Of a DNA stretch of 55,472 bases, positions 37,010 through 47,285 are shown one piece after another. The notes under the pieces are model-generated. The model did no database searches. It worked only from the letters and a program-made list of their open reading frames with translations, and was not told the DNA's origin. A program made the translations under genes and the position numbers. Every line of letters begins with the position of its first letter. Within the stretch, counting starts at the first letter, position 1. Source of the DNA: Oscillospiraceae bacterium (GTDB taxonomy: Bacteria > Bacillota > Clostridia > Oscillospirales > Ruminococcaceae); assembly GCA_051893715.1 (NCBI GenBank), contig JBJFHP010000100.1, positions 1-55,472 on the forward strand. The letters are read 5' to 3'.

Positions 37010-37956
37010 TAAAGGAACTGACAGACAAGCTTACGGACAATATTTCCCTCGCGGTCAGGGGGAAGAAAAACGAGATAAGGCTGGTGTGCGCGGCATTGTT
37101 CGCGGGCGGTCATGTGCTGCTCGAGGACGTTCCCGGAACGGGAAAAACGCTGCTCGCGCGGTCGCTTGCGCGGAGCGCGGACGGAGTTTTCCGCCGCATT
37201 CAGTTCACGCCCGACCTGCTTCCGTCGGACATCACGGGAATAAATTACTACAACGCAAAGGAACAGGAATTTGTCCTCAGAAAAGGTCCCGTATTTGCGA
37301 ATATACTTCTCGCGGACGAGATAAACCGCGCAACGCCGAGAACGCAGTCGGCGCTTCTCGAGTGCATGGAGGAGCGGCAGACTACTATCGACGGCGACAC
37401 GCTCCCGCTGGAGCCGCCGTTTTTCGTTATCGCGACGCAGAACCCCGCCGAGATACAGGGCACCTATCCTCTCCCCGAGGCGCAGCTCGACCGTTTCATT
37501 ATACGGCTCGCGCTGGGTTATCCCGACAGGGAGGAGGAGCTGCGCGTGATAAGCGGCGCGGCGAACGCTCCCGCAGAAGCGGGGATAAGCCCCGTCTGCA
37601 CCATGGCGGACATCATCGCGGCGCAGAAGGAGGCGGACACCTGCTCGATAAGCCCCGAGGTATGCGGCTATATTGCCGATATCGCGGCGGCAACGCGCGC
37701 TCACGCGGCGGTGAAGCTCGGGCTTTCGACCCGCGGCGCGGCGGCGCTCAAGCGAATGGCGTGCGCGCTGGCGATGACCGAGGGGCGCAGCTATGTCATG
37801 CCGCAGGACGTCATCACGGCGGCGCCCTATGTTATAAAGCACCGCCTTATCTGCCGCGGATATTCGGCGAACGGCGGCACGGGCAGGGCGGCTGACGAGG
37901 TGCTCGCGCAGGTGCTGGACAGCGTTCCCGTGCCGACGGAGCGGACTGAAACATAA
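37006..37956 (+). CDS. MoxR-family AAA+ ATPase (MRP subfamily)
   Basis: LLEDVPGTGKT, RIQFTPDLLPSD, LADEINRA, ATQNP, LPEAQLDRF. Confidence 0.95.
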   Translation: MIKELTDKLTDNISLAVRGKKNEIRLVCAALFAGGHVLLEDVPGTGKTLLARSLARSADGVFRRIQFTPDLLPSDITGINYYNAKEQEFVLRKGPVFANILLADEINRATPRTQSALLECMEERQTTIDGDTLPLEPPFFVIATQNPAEIQGTYPLPEAQLDRFIIRLALGYPDREEELRVISGAANAPAEAGISPVCTMADIIAAQKEADTCSISPEVCGYIADIAAATRAHAAVKLGLSTRGAAALKRMACALAMTEGRSYVMPQDVITAAPYVIKHRLICRGYSANGGTGRAADEVLAQVLDSVPVPTERTET

Positions 37957-37966
37957 TAAGGATAAT

Positions 37967-39112
37967 ATGGAAATAATAGTAATGGCGCTGATCCTCGCGG
38001 CGGTGCTCGGGGGGCAGTTTCTGCTGTATTCGCTCCACGGGTTCAAGAAGCTGTCATACAAGCTGACGATAAGCGTTACGGAGGCGTTCGAGGGCGACGA
38101 GATAGAGATCATTGAGGAGATAGACAATGCGAAGCTTCTTCCGCTGCCGTGGATACGCACGGAGATAAGCTGCTCGCGGTGGCTGTCGTTCAGCGGTCAG
38201 CGCGTTGTTCCCGACGAAAAGAACGAGCAGCGCGGGCTGATATCGGGCGTTTTCATGCTGAAAGGGCGGCAGCGCTGCCGCCGTGTGTGGAAGGTGCGCT
38301 GTGAAAAGCGCGGCGTTCACGAGATAGACAGCGTTACCGTTTCGCTGAGCGACCTTTTCGGGCTCGCAAAGCCCGTTTCGGTGTTTCATATCAACGCCTC
38401 GGTGAGGGTACTTCCGCTGCCTGCGGATATTGACGCGGGGGAATTGTCGGGCGACGATTTTATCGGGGATATACGGGTGGAGCGTTTCGTGCTGCCCGAC
38501 CCGTTTGTGATAAGCGGCGCGCGGGAGTACACCGGACGCGAGCCGATGAACCGCATACACTGGGCGCAGACTGCCCGCATGGGCAGACCGATGGTCTACA
38601 ACAACGAATTTACAACGGAGCGGCGCGCACTTATCGTCCTCAATATGCAGCGCGGCGCAATGTCGACGTTGCAGCGGCTTTCCGTTCCCGTTCTCGAGGC
38701 GCAGATAAAGGCTGCCGCATACGCGGCGGAAATTTTCGGGCAGATGCGCGCGGAATATTCGCTGATATCAAACACGGCGGGCGAGCGGCTTGTCGTTCCC
38801 GCAGGGGAGGGCTACGAGCACATGATGAAAACGCTGCGCAGCCTTGCGGAGATAAAGAACGGCTGCGGGGAGCATCTGGACGACCTCCTTTCGGGGCTTG
38901 AATTTTACGGAGTTACCGATGTAATATTCATCAGCGCGTTCATGACGGAGCGGCTTTACGAAACGATGGAGCGCCTTTCCGAAAACGGCGTGTGCTGCAA
39001 GCTGCTTTCGGCGGTGCTTGACGAGGAGAGCTGCAATGTCCCCGCGCTGTGCGGGCTGAGCCATGTCCCCAAAAGCATATATTCGGTTTTCGGAGCGGGT
39101 GAGGAGCAATGA
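37967..39112 (+). CDS. DUF58 domain protein
   Basis: N-terminal TM, RGVH..DLFG, REY..REPMNRIHW..TAR; follows MoxR. Confidence 0.88.
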   Translation: MEIIVMALILAAVLGGQFLLYSLHGFKKLSYKLTISVTEAFEGDEIEIIEEIDNAKLLPLPWIRTEISCSRWLSFSGQRVVPDEKNEQRGLISGVFMLKGRQRCRRVWKVRCEKRGVHEIDSVTVSLSDLFGLAKPVSVFHINASVRVLPLPADIDAGELSGDDFIGDIRVERFVLPDPFVISGAREYTGREPMNRIHWAQTARMGRPMVYNNEFTTERRALIVLNMQRGAMSTLQRLSVPVLEAQIKAAAYAAEIFGQMRAEYSLISNTAGERLVVPAGEGYEHMMKTLRSLAEIKNGCGEHLDDLLSGLEFYGVTDVIFISAFMTERLYETMERLSENGVCCKLLSAVLDEESCNVPALCGLSHVPKSIYSVFGAGEEQ

Positions 39113-40428
39113 GTAACAAAAACAGATTTTCTTCCGTGCTTTCCGCTGTGGCAAATGCGGAGCTGCTTATGTGCCTTTTTCCGTTCATTGTCCTGACGGA
39201 GGGGCTGGGCTTCGGGGGATATATCCCGTGGCATTATCCCGCGCTGTACGCGGTCTACGCCGTATTCATGCTCTGCGGCAGGCTGTGCGGCGCATGGGTG
39301 AACGGCGGGAGCTTTACCTCGAAGCAGTGGCCTTGGGCGCTTTTCGCTTCGCGGGCGGCGGTCATAGTACCGGCGGCGGTGTTCATTATCGTCTGCGCCT
39401 GTACGGGGCTTCCGACCTCGCTGTATTTTTACGCGTTCCCCGGGGCGGTCATCGCCTTTTTCGGCGGGCACCGCAGCGTCGGGCTGGGCTACGGCGACAT
39501 TATGACCGTCGGGTGGTTCGCGGGGTATTTTGTCGGGGCAATAGCCGCTTCGCTGCTTCTGCTGATGGTGCACGAGGAAGATGTCCGTTCGGACGGAATT
39601 TTTCAGCTTTGCATAATGTTCGGCGTGCTTATCGTTCTGTCGGCGGTGCTTGCAAATCAGACGAACATAGATATCCGCACGCGGCAGCGCTCTGCGGGAC
39701 GGAATATCCTCCCGAAAGGGCTTCGCGGGTACAACGCGGCGGTGATCGCGGGAGTATGCGCGGCAGCGGCGGGACTTTTCCTGTTCGCAAAGCCGCTTGC
39801 GGAGCTTGTTTCGGGCGGACTTGCCGCTCTTGTTTCCGCGCTTATCTCGTTCATATACGGGCTGGGCGGTGGCAAAAACGAAGCCGATAAGACGGAATTG
39901 GATATGAGCAGCCTTGACGGGGAGCTGACCTTTGAAAATAACAGCAGCATAGTATCCGATATTATGACGATACTTATCGTTATCGGCGTAATTATCCTTA
40001 TCGTGAAATTCCGCAGACAGATAGCGGAGGTCATAAGGGACATCATAGCGCCGCTGTTCAGGGAAAAGGAAAAGCCCGAGCCGCTCCCCTTCGCGGACGA
40101 GATATCGGACAGCGTTACCGCGCGCAGCAGAAAGTCCGACGCGCGAAAGACCGAGCAGCAGCTGCTCCGCGCCTACCGCAAGGAGCAGGACCCCGTGCTG
40201 AAATACAGAAAGGGATACCTTCTTTTCATGCTTCGGCTGAACAGGAGCGCGTTCCCCTGCCTGCCCTCGGACACCACGACGGTGCAGGGGAAAAAGGGCG
40301 TGCTTGCGTTTCGCCGCAGCGAAATAGATGATATGGTGGGGGAATACAACGAGATACGCTACGGCGGGAAAACACCCGGCGCAGAGCAGCTTTCCGCGCA
40401 GGAGCGGCTGCTGAATGAACTGTATTAA
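39109..40428 (+). CDS. polytopic membrane protein with a DUF4129-like C-terminal helical region
   Basis: About 8 TM segments then SDTT...YNEIRYG; third gene of the MoxR-DUF58 unit. Confidence 0.7.
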   Translation: MSNKNRFSSVLSAVANAELLMCLFPFIVLTEGLGFGGYIPWHYPALYAVYAVFMLCGRLCGAWVNGGSFTSKQWPWALFASRAAVIVPAAVFIIVCACTGLPTSLYFYAFPGAVIAFFGGHRSVGLGYGDIMTVGWFAGYFVGAIAASLLLLMVHEEDVRSDGIFQLCIMFGVLIVLSAVLANQTNIDIRTRQRSAGRNILPKGLRGYNAAVIAGVCAAAAGLFLFAKPLAELVSGGLAALVSALISFIYGLGGGKNEADKTELDMSSLDGELTFENNSSIVSDIMTILIVIGVIILIVKFRRQIAEVIRDIIAPLFREKEKPEPLPFADEISDSVTARSRKSDARKTEQQLLRAYRKEQDPVLKYRKGYLLFMLRLNRSAFPCLPSDTTTVQGKKGVLAFRRSEIDDMVGEYNEIRYGGKTPGAEQLSAQERLLNELY

Positions 40429-40458
40429 ATGTATTAAAGGAGAAAGAGGAGAACGACT

Positions 40459-42852
40459 ATGACCTTCAGAGAGCTTCTGAACAACAATAAATGCATACTG
40501 CTTGACGGAGCAATGGGGACAATGCTTCAGAAATCGGGCTTAAAGCTCGGCGGTCTGCCCGAGGAGCTTAACTTTACTAACCCCGGGCTCATTGAGGAGA
40601 TACACCGCAGCTATATCGAAGCGGGCGCGCAGGCGGTATACGCCAACACATTCGGCGCGAACCGCCACAAGATGAAAAACAGCCGCTATTCCGTCACGGA
40701 AACGATACAGCGCGCTGTTGAGATAGCAAGAAAGGCTTGCGCGGGCAGCGGCGCGCTCGTTGCGCTGGACGTCGGCTCGCTCGGCAGAATGATGCGCCCT
40801 GCGGGGGATATGCCCGTCGACGAGGCGTATGATATGTTCCGCGAGATAATGACCGCGGGAAAGGACGCGGATTTCATTGCCATTGAAACGATGACTGACC
40901 TTATGGAGATAAAGACCGCGCTGCTCGCGGCAAAGGAGAACACCGACCTGCCCGTTATCTGCTCAATGTCCTTTGAGCAGAATATGCGCACGTTCACGGG
41001 CTGCGGAGTGGCTTCTATGGCGCTCACGCTGTCCTCGCTCGGCGCGGACGTTATCGGCATGAACTGCTCCATAGGTCCGAAAGACGCGCTGCCCATTGCG
41101 GAAGAGCTGCTGAAATGGTCAAGTGTTCCCGTTATGATACGCCCCAACGCGGGGCTCCCCGACCCGAAAACCAACCTTTACAGCGTGTCTCCCGACGAAT
41201 ACGCGGACATTCTCGCGCAGATGGCGGACATGGGCGTAAAGGTGTTCGGCGGCTGCTGCGGAACTACGCCCGAATATATCGCGGCGGTTGCAAAGCGGCT
41301 TGAGGGGAAGAAAGCGGTTGAAGTTCACCCCGAGATCCCCGCGGCGGTCTGCTCGGCTTCAAGGCTTGTCGAGATAGACACGGTGCGCATTATCGGCGAG
41401 AGAATTAACCCCACGGGAAAGAAGCTGTTCAAGGAAGCGCTCAAGCGCCGCGACCTTGACTACATCATGCGGCAGGCGATCGAGCAGACGGAAGCGGGCG
41501 CGGAGATACTTGACGTGAACGTCGGTCTGCCCGATATCGACGAAAAGGAAATGATGCTCGCGGCGGTGGATTCGGTGCAGTCGGTCACCGACGCGCCGCT
41601 TCAGATAGACACGACCGAAACCGACGTACTCGAGGCGGCTCTGCGCGTCGTTGCGGGAAAGCCGATAGTTAATTCCGTAAACGGCGAGGACGAGAAGCTG
41701 GATACGGTGCTCCCGCTGGTCAAGAAATACGGCGCGGCGGTGGTAGGTCTTACCCTTGACGAGGGGGGAATACCCAAAACGGCTGAAAAGCGCTTCGCTA
41801 TCGCGGAGAAGATACTGAACCGCGCACTGGAATACGGCATACCCAAGCGCGACGTGTATATCGACTGCCTCACGCTCACCGCGTCTGCGGAGCAGGACGG
41901 CGTTATGGAAACGATAAAGGCTGTCCGCATGGTCAAGGAGAAGCTCGGGCTTAAAACGGTGCTCGGCGTGTCGAACATCTCGTTCGGGCTGCCGAACCGC
42001 GAGCTTGTCAACTCAACATTCCTCACCATGGCTATGAACAGCGGGCTTGACCTGCCGATAATCAACCCGAATATCGCGGCTATGTCGGGCGCGGTCAGCG
42101 CGTTCAGGCTGCTTTCGGGCTACGACAGGAACGGCGCGGATTTCATCACGCATTTCGGCGCGGACAATGTTGTCACTACGCAGGTTAAGTCAACGGCTGC
42201 GGCTGTATCGGCGGACACTTCTGCAACGGGCATAAGCCACGCTGTCGCCTCGGGGTTAAAGGCGGAGTGCGCCGCGGCGGCTGAAAAGCTGCTTTCGGAG
42301 GGCATCGACCCTATGACGCTGATAAACGAGCAGCTCATACCCGCGCTGGACGCAGTGGGCGATAAATTTGAAAAGGGCATTATATTCCTGCCGCAGCTCA
42401 TTCAGTCGGCGGGCGCGGCGCAGGCGGCGTTCGACGTGGTTAAAGCGTTTATCGCGAAAAACGGCGGCGAGAGCGAGAGCAGAGGGCGCGTTGTCCTCGC
42501 GACGGTCAAGGGCGATATCCACGATATCGGAAAGAACATCGTGAAAACGCTGCTCGAAAACTACGGCTTCGAGGTCATTGACCTCGGAAAAGACGTCGAC
42601 TATCAGCTCGTTGTCGACGCGGCGGTCAGGTATAATGCAAAGCTCGTCGGGCTTTCCGCGCTCATGACCACTACCTTAAAGAGCATGGAAAACACGATAA
42701 AGCTGCTGCGCGAGAACGGCGTTGATTGTAAGATAGTTGTCGGCGGCGCGGTATTGACCCCCGAATATGCAGAGAAGATAGGCGCGGATTTCTACGCCAA
42801 GGACGCAAAGGAAACGGTAGACATCGCGCGGCGGGTCTACGGAGTACAGTAA
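40459..42852 (+). CDS. metH: cobalamin-dependent methionine synthase lacking the AdoMet reactivation domain
   Basis: LDGAMGT, GMNC, GGCCGT, IGERINPTG, GVSNISFG, B12 motif GDIHDIGKN. Ends after the B12-binding domain. Confidence 0.92.
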   Translation: MTFRELLNNNKCILLDGAMGTMLQKSGLKLGGLPEELNFTNPGLIEEIHRSYIEAGAQAVYANTFGANRHKMKNSRYSVTETIQRAVEIARKACAGSGALVALDVGSLGRMMRPAGDMPVDEAYDMFREIMTAGKDADFIAIETMTDLMEIKTALLAAKENTDLPVICSMSFEQNMRTFTGCGVASMALTLSSLGADVIGMNCSIGPKDALPIAEELLKWSSVPVMIRPNAGLPDPKTNLYSVSPDEYADILAQMADMGVKVFGGCCGTTPEYIAAVAKRLEGKKAVEVHPEIPAAVCSASRLVEIDTVRIIGERINPTGKKLFKEALKRRDLDYIMRQAIEQTEAGAEILDVNVGLPDIDEKEMMLAAVDSVQSVTDAPLQIDTTETDVLEAALRVVAGKPIVNSVNGEDEKLDTVLPLVKKYGAAVVGLTLDEGGIPKTAEKRFAIAEKILNRALEYGIPKRDVYIDCLTLTASAEQDGVMETIKAVRMVKEKLGLKTVLGVSNISFGLPNRELVNSTFLTMAMNSGLDLPIINPNIAAMSGAVSAFRLLSGYDRNGADFITHFGADNVVTTQVKSTAAAVSADTSATGISHAVASGLKAECAAAAEKLLSEGIDPMTLINEQLIPALDAVGDKFEKGIIFLPQLIQSAGAAQAAFDVVKAFIAKNGGESESRGRVVLATVKGDIHDIGKNIVKTLLENYGFEVIDLGKDVDYQLVVDAAVRYNAKLVGLSALMTTTLKSMENTIKLLRENGVDCKIVVGGAVLTPEYAEKIGADFYAKDAKETVDIARRVYGVQ

Positions 42853-42866
42853 AAAGGAGAAAAGAC

Positions 42867-44156
42867 ATGGTTGCAAAGACGCCCCCTATGGGCTGGAACA
42901 GCTGGGACTGCTACGGCGCTTCCGTCACCGAGCAGACCGTCCGCGCGAACGCGGAATTTATGGCGAAGCATTTGAAAAAGTACGGCTGGGAATATATCGT
43001 TGTGGATATTCAGTGGTACGAGCCGACGGCGGACAGCCACGAATATCACCCGTTCACCGAGCTTTGCGTGGACGAATATTCGCGCGTTATCCCCGCGGAG
43101 AACCGTTTTCCGTCCTCGGCGGGAGGAAAGGGCTTTGCGCCGCTTGCGGAGTATATTCATTCGCTCGGGCTTAAATTCGGCATACACATCATGCGCGGCA
43201 TTCCGCGCCAGGCGGTGCATAATAACCTTAAAATAAAGGGCACCGACATTACGGCGCGGCAGATAGCGAAAACCTCCAGCATTTGCAGCTGGAACACCGA
43301 TATGTACGGCGTTGACCCCGCGAAAGCGGGCGCGCGCGAGTATTACGACAGCATTTTCGAGCTGTATGCGCAGTGGGGCGTTGATTTCATCAAGATAGAC
43401 GACATCTGCCGCGAGCTTCCGCATGAGGAGGCGGAGCTTATCATGGTAAGCAACGCGCTCAACAACTGCGGCAGGGACATGGTGCTGAGTCTGTCGCCCG
43501 GACCCGCTCTCCCCGAAAAGGCGGAGTTTTACAAGCAGACCGCGAATATGTGGCGAATTACCGACGATTTCTGGGACAGGTGGGATTCGCTTTACGATAT
43601 GTTCGACCGCGCGCAGACATGGTGCATACACGCGGGGGCGGGGCATTTCCCCGACTGCGATATGCTCCCGATAGGGAACATTTTGCAGGACTACGGCAGG
43701 GATAAGGTCACAAAATTCACCCATGACGAGCAGATAACCATGATGACGCTGTGGTGCATGGTGCGCTCGCCGCTTATGATAGGCGGGGAAATGACGCGCT
43801 TTGACGATTTCACGATGTCGCTGCTGACGAATGAGGAGCTTATCGAGGTGCTTAACAACACGCATTCCGCGCACCCGCTTTACAGGTACAAGCACGAATA
43901 TGTCTTTAACCTCGCGTTTGAGGACGGCGAGGACATAGTGTGGTTCACCTCTCACAAGGACGGAAAGCATTATTACGTCGCGCTTTTCAACGTTGACGGA
44001 GATGAGCGCGAAATAGCCGCGCGTATTCCCGTCGAGCGGGACATGGACGTTTATGATGTCTGGGAGGGAAAGCAGGTCGGGACGGCGCACGGCAGTGTTA
44101 TTGCCACCGTCAGACCGCACGGCGCTGTGCTGCTTAAACTGACAGCGAAGGATTAA
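42867..44156 (+). CDS. GH27 glycoside hydrolase (alpha-galactosidase / beta-L-arabinopyranosidase)
   Basis: TPPMGWNSWD, VVDIQW, WGVDFIKIDD, WRITDDFWD, PDCDML. Confidence 0.92.
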   Translation: MVAKTPPMGWNSWDCYGASVTEQTVRANAEFMAKHLKKYGWEYIVVDIQWYEPTADSHEYHPFTELCVDEYSRVIPAENRFPSSAGGKGFAPLAEYIHSLGLKFGIHIMRGIPRQAVHNNLKIKGTDITARQIAKTSSICSWNTDMYGVDPAKAGAREYYDSIFELYAQWGVDFIKIDDICRELPHEEAELIMVSNALNNCGRDMVLSLSPGPALPEKAEFYKQTANMWRITDDFWDRWDSLYDMFDRAQTWCIHAGAGHFPDCDMLPIGNILQDYGRDKVTKFTHDEQITMMTLWCMVRSPLMIGGEMTRFDDFTMSLLTNEELIEVLNNTHSAHPLYRYKHEYVFNLAFEDGEDIVWFTSHKDGKHYYVALFNVDGDEREIAARIPVERDMDVYDVWEGKQVGTAHGSVIATVRPHGAVLLKLTAKD

Positions 44157-44168
44157 GGAGATGTTATT

Positions 44169-44738
44169 ATCAAAATCAAGGGTATAGACGTTAAGGAAAT
44201 TTTAAGCGCGCTGAAAACCTCCGACGGCAGAAAAGAGCTCTTTATAAAGTACAAGGAGCTCATAATGTACTTCATTTTCGGCGTGGGAACAACGATAATC
44301 TCGTTTGTGACATATTATCTCTTCCGCTGGATATTCCCCGACGAGGAGAGCGTTCCGAGATGGCTCGGCTGGATATTCAACATAACCTCGTCGTTCGGTA
44401 TCGAGAGCAATACGGCGCTGCCCGTTATCCTTTCGTGGGTGTTCGCGGTGACGTTCGCGTTCCTCACCAACCGCGTCTATGTGTTCTCGAGCACGGTCAG
44501 AACGGCGGGCGGGTTTATCGTCGAGGCGCTGAAATTCTACGCGTCAAGGCTTGCGACGCTCGGCGTCGATCTTGTTATCATGTTCCTGCTGGTCGACCTC
44601 ACGGGTATTCAGAACGCGCTGTACGAGTTCTGCGCAAAGGTGTTCTCAAACTGCGTCGTGCTGGTGCTGAATTATGTCCTCAGCAAGATTTTTGTTTTCA
44701 GGAAGAAAAAAACAGCGCCCGCTAACGTGGATAAATAA
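44169..44738 (+). CDS. GtrA family membrane protein (start uncertain: ATC 44169, ATT 44166 or ATG 44265)
   Basis: KYKELIMYFIFGVGTT, FAFLTNRVYVF, LNYVLSKIFVF. Confidence 0.85.
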   Translation: MKIKGIDVKEILSALKTSDGRKELFIKYKELIMYFIFGVGTTIISFVTYYLFRWIFPDEESVPRWLGWIFNITSSFGIESNTALPVILSWVFAVTFAFLTNRVYVFSSTVRTAGGFIVEALKFYASRLATLGVDLVIMFLLVDLTGIQNALYEFCAKVFSNCVVLVLNYVLSKIFVFRKKKTAPANVDK

Positions 44739-44912
44739 GGCGGTTTTGGATAATGTGCGAATATGCTGCGGTCAACGCGCTCCGTTTTTTCGGGGCGCGT
44801 TTGTTTTGCGGGAAATGCAGCGCGCCGCCCGAAAAAAATCCCCCTTTCAGAATAAAAAAAGAAGCCCTGCCTATAATATTGATATCCAAATATTTCAAGC
44901 GAGGTGTATATC

Positions 44913-47285
44913 ATGAATTCATCGGGCAGCATACCGGGTTTTTCGGGGGAAGCGGCGGAGGCACTCAATTCCGCCCTGCTTATCGCGGGGCAGATGGGTC
45001 ACACATATATAGGCAGCGAGCACCTGCTCTGCGCGCTGGCGAAAAACGAGGGCAGTGCGGCGGGAGTTCTTCTCGCGCGGCAGCAGATACGCTTTCGCGA
45101 CCTTGTCCTCAAGCTGAAATCACGCACGGGCGTCGGCAGGAGCGTTGAGCTGAGCGACAGGGATTTCTCGCCGAGGCTGAAAAAGCTGCTGACGAGCGCG
45201 CGGTCCATAACCGCTTCGCGCGGGGACGGCAGGACGGGTACGGAGCATTTGCTTCTGGCGATACTTGTCGACAGGGAATGCACGGCGTATGCCGTTTTGT
45301 CGGAATACGGCGCGGGAACTGTCGTCAAGCTGTATAACGAAGCCTCGATGCGCAGCTATGTTGAGCCAAGCCTTGAACAGCAGGAAAACAAGCAGTCCGA
45401 CGACAAGCGCCGCCGCGCGCAGCAGGAGCTCCCCATGCTGACGAAATACGGCAGGGAGCTCACCGCCGCCGCCCGCGCGGGACAGCTTGACCCCGTTATC
45501 GGGCGGGAGACCGAGATAGAGCGCATGGTGCAGATATTACTGCGCAGGAGCAAGAACAACCCCTGCCTTATCGGGGAGGCGGGGGTAGGAAAGACCGCCG
45601 TTGTGGAGGGCTTCGCGCAGCGCGTTGCGGCGGGGAATGTCCCGCCCGAGCTTGCGGATAAGCGGATATTCGCGCTCGACCTTTCCGCAATGCTTGCGGG
45701 AGCGAAATACCGCGGCGATTTTGAGGAGCGGCTCAAGGGCGTGCTGGACGAAACCTGCACCCACACGGGGATAATACTGTTTATAGATGAATTGCACATG
45801 ATAGTCGGCACGGGCGCGGCGGAGGGCGCTATCGACGCGGCGAGCATATTGAAGCCCCCGCTCGCCCGCGGGAATATCTGCCTTATCGGCGCAACGACGA
45901 CGGAGGAATACCGCCGTTTTATCGAAAAGGACAGCGCGCTCGAGCGCCGTTTTCAGCCGATAAATGTCGAACAGCCCGACGAGGCGGGAACGCTCCGCAT
46001 ACTTTCGGGGCTGCGCCGAAGGCTTGAGGAGCACCACCGCGCCGTAATAACCGACAGGGCGCTGTCGGCGGCGGTGAAGCTCTCCGAGCGCTATATGACC
46101 GACCGAAATCTCCCCGACAAGGCGATAGACCTCATAGACGAAGCGGCTGCGCGGGCGCGGACGGGGCACCCCGGGAGCTGCGGCAGGCAGGAAAGCGGCA
46201 TTGCCGCGGCGCTTTGCGGAAAGGATTACGCCGAGGCTGCAAGGCTTGCGCAGGCGGGAAAGGGAAAGGAAAGCGCGCGGACGATAGTTGACGAGGAGGA
46301 CGTCGCACAAGCGGTGTCGGCGGTGACGGGTATTCCCGCCGCAAGGCTTACAGAGGACGAGGGGACAAGGCTCGCGGCGCTGGAGGACGTGCTCCGCGCG
46401 AGGGTAATAGGTCAGGACAAGGCGGCGGCGCTTGTCGCGGACGCGGTAAGGCGCGGCAGGGCGGGGCTGCGCGATCCCGAAAGACCGGTAGGTTCGTTCC
46501 TGTTTCTCGGGCAGACGGGCGTCGGAAAGACCGAGCTTTCGCGGGCGCTCGCCGAGGGAGTTTACGGCGACGGGAAGCGGCTTATACGCTTCGATATGTC
46601 GGAATATATGGAAAAGCATTCGGTGTCAAAGCTCATCGGCTCGCCGCCCGGATATGTAGGCTACGAGGAGGAGGGGCAGCTTATAAAGCGCGTCCGCAGC
46701 GCGCCGTGGTCGGTGGTGCTGTTTGACGAGGTGGAAAAAGCGCACCCCGACGTGCTCAATCTGCTTTTGCAGATACTGGAGGACGGAAAGCTCACCGCGT
46801 CCGACGGAAAGACCGCCGATTTCCGCAACGCGGTGGTAATAATGACGGGTAACATCGGCGCGGAGGAGCTGCGCAGGCGCGCAGTCGGCTTCGGCGGCGG
46901 AACGGGCGGCAGCGCGGATATCATGCGCGAGCTGAAAAAGCAGTTCCGCCCCGAGCTTATCAACAGGATAGACAACATCGTAATTTTCGAGAGATTGTCC
47001 GAGGAAAATATGGAGCAGATCTGCCGCAAAATGCTGGGGCAGGTCGCACAGCGCGCCGCCGCGCGCGGGATAGAGCTCACCTTTGCGGAGGGCACGGAGA
47101 AGCTGCTTTGCGCGGGCGCTGCGTCGGAGGAAATGGGCGCGCGCCCGCTCCGCAGGAAAATAACCACGGAAATAGAGGATATGCTTTCGCGGAAAATAAT
47201 CTCGGGAGATCTCCCCGACAACTGCCGCGCGGAGGTCTGCGCCGAAAACGGCAGCTTCTGCGTGCACGTCATGTCACTGCTCTGA
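44913..47285 (+). CDS. clpC: ClpC-like ATP-dependent Clp protease ATPase subunit (divergent paralog)
   Basis: Two Clp-N repeats (IGSEHLL, TGTEHLLL), GEAGVGKT, AGAKYRGDFEERL, GQTGVGKT, GSPPGYVGY, FDEVEKAH, GARPL. Confidence 0.88.
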   Translation: MNSSGSIPGFSGEAAEALNSALLIAGQMGHTYIGSEHLLCALAKNEGSAAGVLLARQQIRFRDLVLKLKSRTGVGRSVELSDRDFSPRLKKLLTSARSITASRGDGRTGTEHLLLAILVDRECTAYAVLSEYGAGTVVKLYNEASMRSYVEPSLEQQENKQSDDKRRRAQQELPMLTKYGRELTAAARAGQLDPVIGRETEIERMVQILLRRSKNNPCLIGEAGVGKTAVVEGFAQRVAAGNVPPELADKRIFALDLSAMLAGAKYRGDFEERLKGVLDETCTHTGIILFIDELHMIVGTGAAEGAIDAASILKPPLARGNICLIGATTTEEYRRFIEKDSALERRFQPINVEQPDEAGTLRILSGLRRRLEEHHRAVITDRALSAAVKLSERYMTDRNLPDKAIDLIDEAAARARTGHPGSCGRQESGIAAALCGKDYAEAARLAQAGKGKESARTIVDEEDVAQAVSAVTGIPAARLTEDEGTRLAALEDVLRARVIGQDKAAALVADAVRRGRAGLRDPERPVGSFLFLGQTGVGKTELSRALAEGVYGDGKRLIRFDMSEYMEKHSVSKLIGSPPGYVGYEEEGQLIKRVRSAPWSVVLFDEVEKAHPDVLNLLLQILEDGKLTASDGKTADFRNAVVIMTGNIGAEELRRRAVGFGGGTGGSADIMRELKKQFRPELINRIDNIVIFERLSEENMEQICRKMLGQVAQRAAARGIELTFAEGTEKLLCAGAASEEMGARPLRRKITTEIEDMLSRKIISGDLPDNCRAEVCAENGSFCVHVMSLL

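Noticed and set aside
37006-37956. MoxR as part of an anti-phage or McrBC-like defence system
   Set aside because: Motifs are MRP-type with a DUF58 partner; no nuclease or other defence genes nearby.
42867-44738. Stop-codon read-through fusion of GH27 and GtrA (same frame, one TAA between)
   Set aside because: TAA is an efficient stop, an SD overlaps it, and both proteins look complete on their own.
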